Shown here in pieces: positions 24,485-37,176 of a stretch of 64,000 bases of DNA. The stretch's first letter is position 1; each line of letters begins with the position of its first letter. The position numbers and the translations under genes are program-made. Where the stretch lies: the NCBI GenBank assembly GCA_038087875.1, contig CM075991.1, positions 2,170,001 to 2,234,000 on the forward strand, given 5' to 3'. The notes beneath the pieces were generated by a model. It did not search any database. It saw only the letters and a program-made list of their open reading frames with translations, and was not told where the DNA came from. This stretch comes from Malacoraja senta. Taxonomy: Eukaryota.

Positions 24485-25185
24485 CAAAACTGTCATCTTG
24501 TTTGTTTCTATGTGTGTGAGTGTGCGTGCATGCCCATCTGTGATCTGTGATTCGGTGATGTCATCAAATTATGCCAAAATGGTACATGATAGCGCTACAA
24601 TTTTTGGACCACCTTACTCACAATTGTCATGTGGTAGTTTGCATCAATTTTCCGTCAGATTGATGTTATATTTCACAAGTTATTCACATCTTTAAATTTA
24701 CAAAACGCCAATTTGAGAAAAAAAATCTTCCCTCTGCACTAGCACTTACAGCTATGGTGTCACAATAGGATTGTAGCCCTGCACGCTACAATGCTGCTAT
24801 CCCAGGACACTGAGTCCTGCCAGCCCTAGGACATGCAATTGCAAACTACAATGTTGCAATTCCTTTTTTTAATATTCCTGGCAGCAAGGATTTTTTTAAA
24901 AACGTTTAATGAGGAAGGGTGCATTGTTTTTAATATCCCTGGCAGCAAGGATTTTTTTTAAAGTTTAATGAGGGAGGGTGAATAAGGGGAAATGGGTCAC
25001 CCTTGCGCAGTTGGGGAACGGGTTGCGTTGGAGGACCAGGGACCCAACGGGTCCCACTTAGTGTAGTATATTACTAAAACTCTCCTCTTGTTTGTTTATA
25101 TGTGAGTGTGTGCGTGCCTGTCTGTGATCTCTGATTCGGTGAAGTCGTCAAATTACGCCAAAACGGTACATGATAGCACTACAAT
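24485..25185 (+). mobile_element. Helitron-like non-autonomous element, head-to-tail with a second partial copy
   Basis: 3' hairpin GGGACCC-aac-GGGTCCC (25039-25055), then acttagtGTAG|T (CTAG-like). It is followed immediately by a repeat of the 5' sequence aaaact.tc.tcttgtttgttt. Confidence 0.6.
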
Positions 25186-26729
25186 CAGTACTCAGCTTGT
25201 ACATCAGTATTCAGTTTGCTCCCAATCTGCTGGAACAAGCCCTGCCTTGTGCAGGCTGAGCCAATTCCCAGGCCCACGCAGGGAACATCCACAAATGCAA
25301 ACATCCTACGAGCAGAAGCTTGCCGGAGGCCAGGGTGGGAGTGAGCTCCGTGCCGCAGTTAACCCAGTAGCCAGAGACAGACTCCCGGAGCTCTGTGCTT
25401 CCTGCCTAAACGTGTAGCAAACATTAGCAGAGACGGGACCGAGACGCTGACAGACATCAACAGGTAGTTCTGGTCTTGTCGGGGGGTCCTGACCGTGCAA
25501 GGAGATGATCAGACAACGATGGGGGTGAAGATGGGAGATTGGTTCCAAGTAAGGAATGTAATTAAACTATGTGCCTGCTCCACCCTTAATGTCACGGCCA
25601 AGACTAGCCCAGCTCTGCTGGCTTCTCTCCAAATGAATGCCAGCTGTGCTTTTCACTCTGATTTTTCTCTCTCGTGAATTCATTTCGAGAGTTCATTTCT
25701 TGCGAAATGCAGTGCAGAGCGGTGCCAGGAACGTTTTTCCTTTGCTGTGATACTCAGTCTTGGAAGTAGTGCCGGAGAATCGGGATCAGGAGCAAGAACC
25801 CTGGCTGAATTTTAGCTGCCTGTGTCTGAATGGCACTGACGTTAACTTTCCCAAGTACAGACAACAGTCTTCAGCACCCCTCCCCGTCTCCACCCCCCCC
25901 TCTGTCCCCATCACCCCCACACCCACCCCCATCACCCCACCCCGTCTCCATCGCCCCTCCCCCGTCTCCATCGGCTCTTCCAGTCTCCTGCGCCCCTCCA
26001 GGTCCCCATTCCTCCTCCCCCTCACCACCCCCTCCCTTTAGCTCTACATTTACTCCCTTTCATACCAGGTCCCACCATTCGCACCCTTTTGCCTTCCCCA
26101 CTTATCACCTCCAACCTTTGTTTCCATCTCCTCCCTCCCCTCCCCTCCCCTCCCCCCCACCTGGCTCATCTGCCAATCAATCCTTCCTTACCTCAAGACG
26201 AAGGGTCTCGACCAGAAACGTCACTTAGTCCTTTACTCCAGAGATGCTGCCTGACCCGCTGAGTTACTCCCATCTTTTTGTGTCTAACCTCCTTACCTAG
26301 ATCCATCTTCGGTGCATAACCAGCATCTGCAGTTCCTTCCTGCACATTTTCTCTGCTCCACTGCGAAATCTCTTCAAGGTGTGTCTACTTTGAAGACGTT
26401 CTTCTCCTCTCTCCGATGAGAGTTCAGCAACATCTTCTCTCGCTGCTCCCCCTCTGTGATTCCTCCTGCTCCCCGACTCTGCCACCATGTTGCAACCCAG
26501 ACCTGCTGCCACAAGCATGTGTGTTGTCTTGGTGCTTGCCTGCGCCTCCATCTATCACCTGGCAGCTCAGCCCCATTGCTCCCCCTGACTTCTCCCTACC
26601 AGCTCTCCATCCAAACACTCTGAAGAAGGGTCCAGACCTGGACTGTCAACTGTCCATTTCCCTCCATGGATGCTGCCTGACCTGCTGAGATCCTCCAGCA
26701 TTTTGGGGGGGTTTTGCTAAAGAGTCCAG

Positions 26730-26901
26730 TGTGGCAGCGAGGCGCGTGTCACGGGGTCGTTATCTGAGTTGTTATTTTAGGCCGGGCAACGCCCGTGTCA
26801 GCTGAGGAGTAGGGAGCTGTATGCAGAAGAATAAACACATCTAGAGCACACACTTGTGTCCAGCTAGTTTTTGACTGGACTCCTGCCCAGTCCCCGCCAC
26901 A
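26730..26901 (+). mobile_element. Solo LTR (Gypsy-like), 172 bp
   Basis: TGTGGC...GCCACA termini, internal AATAAA, and a 4-bp TSD CCAG on both sides. Confidence 0.8.
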
Positions 26902-27169
26902 CCAGCATATACAGTCTCCCTTGTTGTTATGAACCTTACAGGGTGGGGAAGCCGCCACGGCTTCCTTATTCACTTCCAGGTCGTGCCTGCCACCGCCACC
27001 ACCGACCCTCACCTGCCGCGACAATCGACTCCGCCAATCCTCACCTCAACTCGCCTGGATTCCAGGCCCAGTTCCGGACCCACAGTCTTTGACGAAGGAC
27101 ATCGACCAGAAACGTCACCTATCCATGTTCTCCAGAGATGCTGCCTGACCTGTTGAGTTTATGTTCAAA

Positions 27170-27490
27170 TTCTGCAATAGGAGCAGAATTTAGGCATTCG
27201 GCCCATCAGGTCTACTCCCCCATTTGATCATGGCTGATCTATCTCTCCCACCTAACCCCATTCTCCTGCCTTCTCCCCACCCATACTAATCAAGAATCTA
27301 TCTAACTCTGCCTTAAAAATATCCATTGACTTGGCCACTACAGCCTTCTGTGGCAATGAATTCCATAGATTCACCACCCTCTGACTAAAGAAATTCCTCC
27401 ATCTCCTTCCTAAAGGAACGTCCTTTTATCCTGAGGCTGTGACCTCTGGTCCTAGACTCTCCCACTAATGGAAACATCCTCTCCACATCC
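27170..27490 (-). mobile_element. CR1 3' fragment
   Basis: Reverse complement of the 63328-63765 family. Confidence 0.8.
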
Positions 27491-27649
27491 AGTTACTCCA
27501 GCACTTTGTGTCCTTTTGTGTCGATTTGGAGCATTCATCATAATCATACAGGTATCCCAGACTGGCTCTGACCAGACAAGTGGTTAGGGAGAAATGTTTC
27601 ATCCAGTATTCCTGGATGTTTGGCCTCTCCCTGCTCTCATCTTGATGTG

Positions 27650-28595
27650 ATAGACACAAAATGCTGCAGTAACTCAGCAGGACAGGCAGCATATCTGGAT
27701 CGAAGGAATGGGTGACGTTTCGGGTCGAGACCGTTCTTCAGACTGAAAGTCATGGGAGAGGGAGACACAGAGATAAGGGAGGGGAAGGTGTCAAAACAAG
27801 ACCGAAAGAGATGAGGATCAAGGAAAATATGGAATAGATCATTGTTAGCTAGGAGATGGTGACAACAAAGCAGAGGGAAAATGTAATCAGGGAAACAGTC
27901 AGATTGGTCGGAGAACTGGGAAGGGGGGGGGAAGGGGAGAGAGAGAAAGCAATGGTTACCTGGAGTTGGAGAAGTTAATGTTCATACCGCTGGGGTGTAA
28001 GTTGCCCAAGCAAAATATGAGCTGCTGTTCCTCCAACTCTGACAATGGAGGAGGCCCAGGACAGAAAGGTCAGTGAGGGAATGGGCGGGGGAGTTAAAGT
28101 GTTTAGCAATCGGGAGATCAGGTAGGTTCAGAGGGACTGAGCGGAGGTGTTCAGCGACATGATCGCTGAGCCTGCGCTTGGTCTTGCTGATATATAGGAG
28201 TCTACAACTGGAACAGCGGATACTGTAGATGAGGTTGGAGGAGGCGCAAGTGAACCTCTGCCTCACCTGAAAAGACTGTCGGGGTCCTTGGATGGAATAG
28301 AGGGCGGAGGTACAGGGACAGGTGTTGCATCGTCTGGGTTGCAGGGGAAGGTGCCCGCAGAGGGGGTGGTTTAGGTGGGAAGGGATGTGAACCAGGGATT
28401 TGCGGAGGGAACGGTCTCAACGAAAAACAGAAAGGGGCGGAGATGGGAAGATGTGGCTAGTGGTAGGATCCCGTTGGAGGTGGTGAAAATGTCGGAGGAT
28501 TATGTGCTGTATGGGGTGAAAGGTGAGGACTAGGGGGACTGTGCCTGTTGCCAATGGGGGGAGGTGGAGTGAGCAGAGCTGTGGGATATCTAGGA
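27650..28595 (-). mobile_element. Penelope-like element 3' part with GIY-YIG endonuclease and terminal repeat
   Basis: ORF 27982-28266 FTCASSNLIYSIRCSSCRLLYISKTKRRLSDHVAEHLRSV...IAKHFNS. Confidence 0.85.
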
Positions 28596-28597
28596 GA

Positions 28598-29068
28598 TAT
28601 TAGACTCACTGGCCTATAGTTGCCAGGCTTTTCCTTGCAGCCCTTTCTTGTATAGAGGCACAACATTAACCACTTCCAGTCTTCTTGCACTTCACCTAAT
28701 GTTGATTTGTAAATCTCAGCCAGGATGCCCACAATCTCTTCTCCAGCTTCCCACAAGAGTCCTTGGATATATCTGATCTTGCCCAGGAGTTTGATCCACC
28801 TTCATACACTTTAAGATGTTCAGCAACTCCTCGACTGTAATCCTGACCATCCTCAAGACACTTCCATAAACTGCCCCAAGTTCCCCAGTGTTCACAACCT
28901 TGCCCAACTTCTTTGGCTCCACACAGAGATGACCGCTTTGGTTTCTAAGGGACCTTATTCTGGCTGCAGTCAATCTCATTCCCTTATTGTGTTTGTAAAA
29001 CCTCTGGATTTTCCTTGATATTATCTGCCAGAGCTATCTAATAGCCCCCTTATGCTCTTCTGAGTTCC
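28598..29068 (-). mobile_element. CR1 RT N-terminal fragment
   Basis: Motifs KEKPGNYRPVSL and TPGQDQIYPRTL. Confidence 0.8.
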
Positions 29069-29121
29069 TTGTGCCAACCAGCACATGTCACCAACCAGAG
29101 CTCAGTACAATTCTACTATGA

Positions 29122-29330
29122 AGATAGACACAAAATGCTGGAGTACCTCAGCAGGACAGGCATCATCTCTGGAGAGAAGGAAAGGGTGACCTTTCGGGTC
29201 GAGAGGAATGGTCTTGACCCGAAACGTCACCCATTCCTTACCTGCAGAAATTCTGCCTGACCCGCTGAGTTACTCCAGCATTTTGTGTCTATCTTCGGTG
29301 TAAACCGGCATCTGCAGTTCCTTCTGACAC
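29122..29330. mobile_element. Palindromic Penelope-derived mini-element
   Basis: Inverted terminal-repeat pair plus a tail of about 35 nt (cggtgtaaaccggcatctgcagttcctt). Confidence 0.75.
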
Positions 29331-29512
29331 AATTCTACTATGTATCCATCCTGCAGCTTTGTAAATGGATGTTCTCTTTCCCAGGTTCGTTACTTATCCT
29401 GAATTCAACTCTGGAGGCTGAATTAATAATTATCCACTAATGAGATGCGCAAAAGCCTCAAGTTCACATTACCTTGCACTGGCATCAGTTTTACTCGCTG
29501 CTTTTCAATACT

Positions 29513-29905
29513 GTGGCATGGTGGCGCAGCGGTAGAGTTGCTGCCTCGCAGCGCCAGAGACCCGGGTTCGATCCTGACCACGGGTGCTGTCCGTATGGAG
29601 TTTGTATCTTCTCCCTGTGACCGTGTGGGTTTTCACCTGGTGCGCTGGTTTCCTCCTACATTCCAATGACGTGTGAGTTTGGGTTAATTGGCCTCTGTAA
29701 ATTGTCCCTGGTGTGTAGGATAGAACTAGTGTCTGGAGATTGATGGTCAGTGCTGTCAGTGGGCCAAAGGGCCTGCTTCCATGCTGTATCACTGCTAAAC
29801 TAAACTAAGATAAGATAAATTAAACTCAATTAAACTAAGCTTAACTAAACTAACCTAACCTAACTAAACTAAATGAAATGAAGCTAAGCTAAGCTAAACT
29901 AAATT
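29513..29905 (+). mobile_element. V-SINE with expanded (TAAAC)-like tail
   Basis: A box, B box gggttcgatcc, and V-domain. Confidence 0.85.
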
Positions 29906-30897
29906 GAGCAGCAAGTGAAACAGCATTTGTTTTAAAACGAGGTGCTAGCAATCCAGAAATCCTGGGTCCATTCTGATTAATGTATCTATATTTTGATATA
30001 CATCGATGTTTTTAAACACTGCGGGATCCTTCTGCTTCCCAACCTTCCGCTTTAATGACATGGTGTTCACGCACTTCTCTCCTTCCTACACATTTCGTCT
30101 GCTCCACTGTGAAATCTCCTCAATTTATGCCTCAATTTATGCCTCCTTTGAAGACGTTCTCCTCTTCTCTCCGACGAGAGTTCAGCAACATCCTCTCTCG
30201 CTGCTCCCCCTCCTGCCCTCTCCGACTCTACAACCACCTTTTAACCCAGACTCGACTGTTCTCACCCAGCCCACAGCGAACAATGCCCTGTTACCTTTCT
30301 CATCGTTACTTTTTTGCATATCTTTCATTCATTTGTTCTATATCTCCCTACATCACCGTCTATATCTCTCGTTTCCCTTTCCCCAGACTCCCAGTTTGAA
30401 GAAGGGTCTCGACCCGAAATGTCACATTCCTATTCTACGGAGATGCTGCCCGACCCATATAACCATAACAGCACGGAAACAGGCCATCTCGGCCCTTCAA
30501 GTCCGTGCCGTACATTTAAAAAAAAAAAAAAAAAATTATTAAAAATAAATACTTCCCCCTAGTCCCATCTACCTGCACTCAGACCTGCTGAGTCACTCCA
30601 GAAATTTGTATGTATCTTCAGTTTAAACCAGCATCTGCAGTTCCTTCCTGCACATCCCAGCCTCACTGGCCGGGGTCCTGAACGTGTGATGCATTAAGGT
30701 TGAGCTTTCTTCTCTGTGGTCAGTGTTGGAAGTGACTAGCTCCACCTTCTGTGCCAGGTTAGTAAGCGCCCCCTGCTGGTACTGTTTAAAAATGTTTTGG
30801 TCAATTTTAGCACCTCCGCCCGCTGTTTCGCCTTTATTATCATCTTCCAATTTAACATACGGCAATATAGGTGCTGACAGTGTGGTTTCCAGCACAT

Positions 30898-31082
30898 AGG
30901 GGCGGCAAAGTGGCGCAGCGGTAGATTTGCTGCCTCACAGCGCCAGAGATATTGGCTACGGCGCTGTCTGTACGGAGTTTGTACGTTCTCCCCGTGACCT
31001 GCGTGGGTTTTCTCCAGGAGCTCCTGTTGCCTCCCACACTCCAAAGACGTACAGGTTTGTAGGTCTCTAAACTAAACTAAAC
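30898..31082 (+). mobile_element. V-SINE, internally deleted
   Basis: Head, V-domain and tail are present. Confidence 0.8.
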
Positions 31083-31530
31083 ATTGGGGAAAACAGATGC
31101 AGATAGGGCAGAATCTTTACTGATTATTCCATTCAATAAACAATAGACATAAGGTGCAGGAGTAGGCCATTCAGCCCTTTGAGCCAGCACCGCCATTCAC
31201 TGTGATCATGGCTGATCATCCACTATCAGGCCATTCAGGCCGTGACATAGAACAGTATAGAACCTCTCCCTGTAGCTCAGGCCCACGAGTTCCGACAACA
31301 TTTTCGTAAATCTTCTCCGCACTCTTTCCAGCTTAATGACATTTTTCCTATAGTGTAGCAATGTTACAAAATTTTGAGATTTTAAAAATAAAGTCTGCAA
31401 TTTATCCCATCAGATAAAGAAGTTTAATTTGACACCTAATTCACTTTCATATCTTCAGTATTAAAAAAGTTATGGCCATTTTCATACTCGGAAATTAGCA
31501 TCTTGTTCCCTATTGCTTTTCCATTGACTT

Positions 31531-31730
31531 NNNNNNNNNNNNNNNNNNNNNNNNNNNNNNNNNNNNNNNNNNNNNNNNNNNNNNNNNNNNNNNNNNNNNN
31601 NNNNNNNNNNNNNNNNNNNNNNNNNNNNNNNNNNNNNNNNNNNNNNNNNNNNNNNNNNNNNNNNNNNNNNNNNNNNNNNNNNNNNNNNNNNNNNNNNNNN
31701 NNNNNNNNNNNNNNNNNNNNNNNNNNNNNN
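31531..31730. other. Assembly gap (200 N)
   Basis: Run of n. Confidence 1.
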
Positions 31731-31821
31731 TGTCCTTCTATTTGTTTCTCCCTGACCCTAGGCAGCTTGCTACATGAACTAAAAAAGAGGTGTCTCTTTG
31801 ATTTAAACCAGCATCTGCAGT

Positions 31822-32139
31822 TTCCACAGGGTAATAAGTTCCTTTGCCGTGGTACCCCTATTATTCTTCCAAATTATCTCCTTTTTAACAACGTTGAAAT
31901 TCTTAGTTCCTCCCAATGGCCACAATTCATTTCCCAATTTCGTAGTTAATCGCCCTGACAGTTGTCTGAGTTGTTTCGATTTCTCAGGATGTCGTTCTCA
32001 TATGATGTGCAAAGCACTGTTTGGTTCGGTCGTAATATCTACACAATTACCCATTATGCTTATGACAGATTCTTATTATTTCACACTTATTTCAGATCAA
32101 ACACAGTTACCAATTATTTTCCCTTCAGCGATATTTGAT
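31822..32139 (-). pseudogene. Endogenous retrovirus gag matrix-like N-terminus (one in-frame stop)
   Basis: From ATG at 32054 (minus): MGNCVDITTEPNSALHII*ERHPEKSKQLRQLSGRLTTKLGNELWPLGGT. It has an MG start and a WPxxGT motif, and is contiguous across the L1 TSD with the PBS/LTR at 38798-39298. Confidence 0.6.
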
Positions 32140-35100
32140 CACTGACCTATTTATCTTTCTTTCCTTTTAAAATCTTTTTATTAATTTTTTTCAAAAACAA
32201 AAACAAAACAACAACAAAAATAATGATAAACATAACAATGATATTGCTACATAGGGATCAGGATTACATTAATAACAGGCATAACCTAAATATGAGTCCA
32301 GTATCAAAATACACATTGAGTATAGACCTCCTGGTCTCTATGTAAATATAGTTAAATGTTTAAAAGATAACTTGTATATATAAAAACAAAAAGATAAAAA
32401 GAAAAAAGAGAAAAACAATACCCCCTAAACTAGAAAAAAAAAGCAAAACAGAATCTGGGCTGCAAATAATTTCAACAATTTAAGTCCCTGTTTGTCGTCA
32501 AGTCCGTTTCACCGTATAAAGGTAAAATAATTATTACAATAGTTGGAGAGGGGACAATTTATGTCGTGTGAAAATGTTGAATAAATCTTCCCCAAGTCCT
32601 ATCAAATTTAACCAAGGGTTTAACAATGTCACTCCTAATTTTTTCTAAATTTAAACATGATATCGTTTCAGAGTACCAATATCGGAGGATTGTGGTCGGA
32701 GGATTAGAGTCTTTCCATTTAAATAAAATAGATCTTCTGGCAATTAATGTGGTACAAGCAATCAGCCGATGGGCGGAACGGGACAGATGAGTAGAATCTA
32801 ACATTGGTAGCTCAAAAATTGCAGTAATAGGATGAGGTTGTAAATCAACATCTAAAACTACAGAAATAGTATCAAACATTTCTTTCCAATATTTTTCCAA
32901 AAGTGGGCAGGACCAAAACATATAGGTCAGTGTTCAGAGTTACATCTGTCACAGGTAGGATTTATATGACCATAGAAACAAGCTAACTTATCTTTTGACA
33001 TATGAGCTCTGTGAACCACCTTGAATTGTATCAGAGAGTGTCTTGCACACATTGAGGAAGTATTAACTAATTGAAGAATCCTCTCCCATTTCTCTATAGG
33101 TAGAGAAATTTGGAGTTCTCTTTCCCAGTCATACTTAATTTTATCAAATGTATCTATTTGTATTTTCAAAATCAACTCATAAACAGTCGTTATTAAACCT
33201 TTCTGATAAAGGTTCAAATGTTTTTAAAAATTCCCAGATTTTGGTTTGATGTGGTAACGGAAAAAAGGGTAGAATAGCCTTCAAAAAATGTCTAATTTGT
33301 AAATATCTAAAGAAATGTAAGTTAGGTAGATTATATTTATTGGAAAGTTGTTCAAAAGACATAAAACAACCATCCAAATCACGAAAAGCTGCTAATCCCT
33401 TCCTCTTCCATAACAGAAAGGCTTGATCAGTACTAGAAGGTTGGAAGAAAAAATTAGATATGATAGGACTCGATAAGATAAAATCATTCAATCAAAAAAA
33501 TGTCCGAAATTGAAACCGTATTCGGAAAGTATGTCTTATTATTGGGTTAGTCGTATATTTATTCAATCTCATAATTGTAAAAGGTAATGAGGCCCCTAGA
33601 ATAGAAGCCAATGATAGCCCTTGCATAGAATCACGTTCAAGATTTATCCATCCTGGGCATTGGGTATCTTCTAAATCTTTTGCCCAAAACGTTAGATAGC
33701 GAGCATTAACTGCCCAATAGTAGAATCTAAGGTTCGGCAGTGCCAAACCACCGTCTTTTTTTGATTTCTGTAAGTATTTTTTACTTAGTCTGGGATTTCT
33801 ATTCTGCCATATATATGAAGAAATTTTGGAGTCAATATTATCAAAGAAAGATTTAGCAATAAAAATTGATATCATCTGAAATAAATTCAAAAATGTAGGT
33901 AGGATAAACATTTTAATAGCATTGATTCGGCCGATTAAAGATAAGGACATTGGTGACCATTTAATAAACTGTTGTTTGATATGGTCAATTAGAGGCCTAA
34001 AATTGGCTTTAAATAGATCCTTGTGTTTCTTGGTAATCTTAATGCCTAAATAAATAAAACATTTGGTAGTCAATCTAAATGGAAACTGTCCATAATTCGA
34101 AATTAGATTATTTAATGGAAAAAGCTCACTCTTACTAAGATTTATTTTATAACCAGAAAAACTACTAAATTGATTAAGTAGTGCTACTATTGCCGGAATA
34201 GTTTTCTCTGCGTTAGAGATGAATAATAACAGATCATCTGCATAGAGAGATAGCTTATGTGTCTTATTCCCATGGACAATACCAAAAATATTAGGGGATT
34301 CCCTAATAGGTCAAAGGTTCCAAAGCAATATCAAACACTAAAGGTCATAAAGGACAGCCCTGTCTAGTACCTCGAAAGAGCCTGAAAAAAGGGGATCTGA
34401 TTATTGGTAAGTACAGAAGCCTGAGGTATATGATATATCAGCTTGATCCAAGAGATAAATTTTGGAACAATCTTAAATTTTTCAAGTGTATTGAATAAGT
34501 ATTCCCATTCTACACTATCAAATGCCTTCTCAGTATCAAGTGAAATGACACATTCTGAAGTTTTATTTGACGCTGTATATACGATATTCATTAATCTCCT
34601 AACGTTAAAGTATGAGTAACGATTTTTAATAAAACCTGTCTGATCTTCAGAAATAATTTGCGGTAAAATATTTTACAATCTCATAGCTAATATTTTGGAA
34701 AGAATTTTGGAATCTACATTTAACAGTGATATAGGTCTATATGATGTCACTTCAGTAGGGTCTTTATCTTTTCAAAGAATTAAAGAGATAGATGCTTCAT
34801 AAAACTATTGTAGTAATCTATTCATTAAAATGGCTTCTTTAAAAACCTTGCATAGCCAGGGAGACAGTAAACTTGAGAAATCCTTAAAGAATTCCACTGT
34901 ATACCCATCTAAACCAGGAGCTTTACCAGAATTCATCGAGAGGATTGCTTTCTGTATTTCTTCCTCCATGATGGGTTCATCTAACAACAGAGACTCATTA
35001 TGTGGTAAGTTTGGCAAGTTCAGTTTCTTTAAAATCTCATGCATTATATTGGAATCAGTAGGAAATTCTGATTCGTATAGGGAGGTATAAAATTCCTGAA

Positions 35101-35665
35101 AGGATTTATTAATTTCATCATGGTCTACTGTCAATGTACCATCCCGTTTACTCACTTTAATAATCTGACGTTTGGCTGACACAGCTTTCAACTGATTGGC
35201 GAGTAATTTGCCAGATTTATCACCATATATATAAAATTGACATTTGGTTTTAAGTAGCTGATTCTCAATCGGTGATACTAATAACAAATCATGTCTCAAT
35301 TGAAGTTCAACTCTATTCTTATAGAGTTCTAGAGTTCTAGACTAGTAGCTTTTGAATATTTTTTATCAATTTCATTAATCTCATCAGGCAATATACGTAT
35401 TTCATTTTGAGGGTTTTGAAATAATTTGTCCACGAATATATGCCTTAAAAGCATCCCAGACTACACCATTGGACATTTCTTCAGTAGAGTTTGTTAAGAA
35501 GAAAAAAGCAATCTGATCTTTAATAAAATTAACAAAATTTAGATCTTGACACAGAGTCGTATTAAATCGCCATTGTTTAGCATTAAACTTGGAATCGGGT
35601 AGTTTAATTGATAGTTTCAATGGTGCATGATCAGAAATAACAATTGCATCATACTCACGCAGTGA

Positions 35666-35841
35666 CCAATGAAACAAGAGACATTTATTTGTCACATGTG
35701 CCAGTTGGCACAGTGAAATGTGTGATCACCATACAGCCATACAATAAAAAATAAAGAACACAACACACGATAGAGTTCAACACAAAACATCCCCACCCAG
35801 CAGAATCAAAAGTTTCCCACTGTAGGGGAAGGCACCAAAGT
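35666..35841 (-). mobile_element. Short retroposon with Rex-like tail inserted in L1 ORF2
   Basis: TSD CAGTGA (35660-35665 and 35842-35847). The body resembles 12165-12300. Confidence 0.65.
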
Positions 35842-36571
35842 CAGTGATCTTCTGTAAACTAGCCGAGAATCTATTATAAAGTAGTCAATCTTACAGTAAC
35901 TGATATACATGAGAGAAAAAAGTATATTCTTTGTCATTAGGGTGTAGGAATCTCCAGACTTCTAACATTCCAGAGTCAAGTAAAAAAGAATTGATAAAAC
36001 TAGCTGATTTGTTTGGAAGCACATGATCAGATGCAGATCTGTCCATCGAGGGGTTCAAACAGCAGTTAAAATCTCCACCCATTATCAAAAGAAGTTCATT
36101 TAAATTAGGAAAGGATGCGGCTAGCTGTTTAAAAAACTCAGGGGGATCAATATTAGGTGCATAAACATTCACCATAACAACTTATTGGTTATGAAGAACA
36201 CCAGTGATCATCAAAAATCTACCATATGGATCAGAAATTGTTTCATAATGAACAAACGAAATTGAGGAGTCAATAAAAATAGAGACTCCTTTCACCTTTG
36301 CCTGTGAATTTGAATGAAACTGCTGTCCTCTCCAAAACTTAAAGAATCGTTGATTATCGTCTTTCCTTACATGAGTTTCCTGAACAAAGATAATCTGAGC
36401 ATTTAGTCTTGTAAAAAAAAAATCCTCCTAATGGGATGGTTCAGGCCATTCACATTCTATGAAAGGAAGTTAATAACTTTATCCATATTGTTTGTAAAAA
36501 TCATGTGGAATGTAAAGGGTTAATATCTTAGAGCATAACAGTTCATGATACTGGAAGGAGAACAATCAAAA

Positions 36572-37176
36572 AGGCCTGTCTCACGAGTCTGCGGTCATTG
36601 GCGGCGAAACGGGAAGAATCTGCCGCCATAGACCGCACACTCGTGAGAACGTACAATTCCTGGGCCGTGCGGCGGTGTTCCCAACACCGCACGGTGCTAA
36701 AATAAAATCGACAATGTCGAAAACCATATACTCACCGCAAAACCTCCACCAGTGATGCACAAGTGCGGCACGGCCACCCGCAAAGGGCCGCCGCCAGTGT
36801 GGCTCGAGCGCCGTGCGTCAAACCTCCACTGCCACAGCCTCCGCCAGTGAGGCACGTGCCACCGCCAGTGAGGCACGTGTGCTGCACGGCCGCAGGCACA
36901 GCCACCGCTACAGCGCCGCGATCAGGATGGCCGCCGCCACAGCCGCCGCTGGTGAGTCACGTGCGGCGGGCCGACGTCATCGCAGTCGGCCCGCCCTTTT
37001 TTTTACTTACCGCAAGCACATGGGACCCGCCGTGTTTGAATTAACTCGGCCCCCGCGCAGCATCCGTGCGGCGCTCCGGTGGATAGGCTCGACGCTCTCG
37101 CCGTTGCCGCGCGGTCCTCGCTACCGGTGACGCCACACTTCACCGCCGATGACCGCAAACAGGTAAGACAGAGCCT
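36572..37176. mobile_element. GC-rich Harbinger-like MITE inserted between L1 ORFs
   Basis: Imperfect TIRs of about 40 bp: aggcctgtctcac..tgcggtcattggcggcgaa and ttcaccgccgatgaccgca..gtaagacagagcct. Confidence 0.7.

Noticed and set aside
25870..26165. C-rich/Pro-rich ORFs, also at 16170-16260 and 55850-56120
   Set aside because: Low-complexity tracts, partly from Penelope UTRs, with no coding signal.
29513..29585. tRNA-like A/B boxes (many copies)
   Set aside because: They are SINE heads continuing into the V-domain and LINE tail, not tRNA genes.
31353..31530. AT-rich sequence before the gap, possibly a DNA transposon end
   Set aside because: The other end is lost in the N gap and it cannot be classified.
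36763..37130. GC-rich ORFs or CpG island inside the L1
   Set aside because: Interior of a TIR-bounded MITE.
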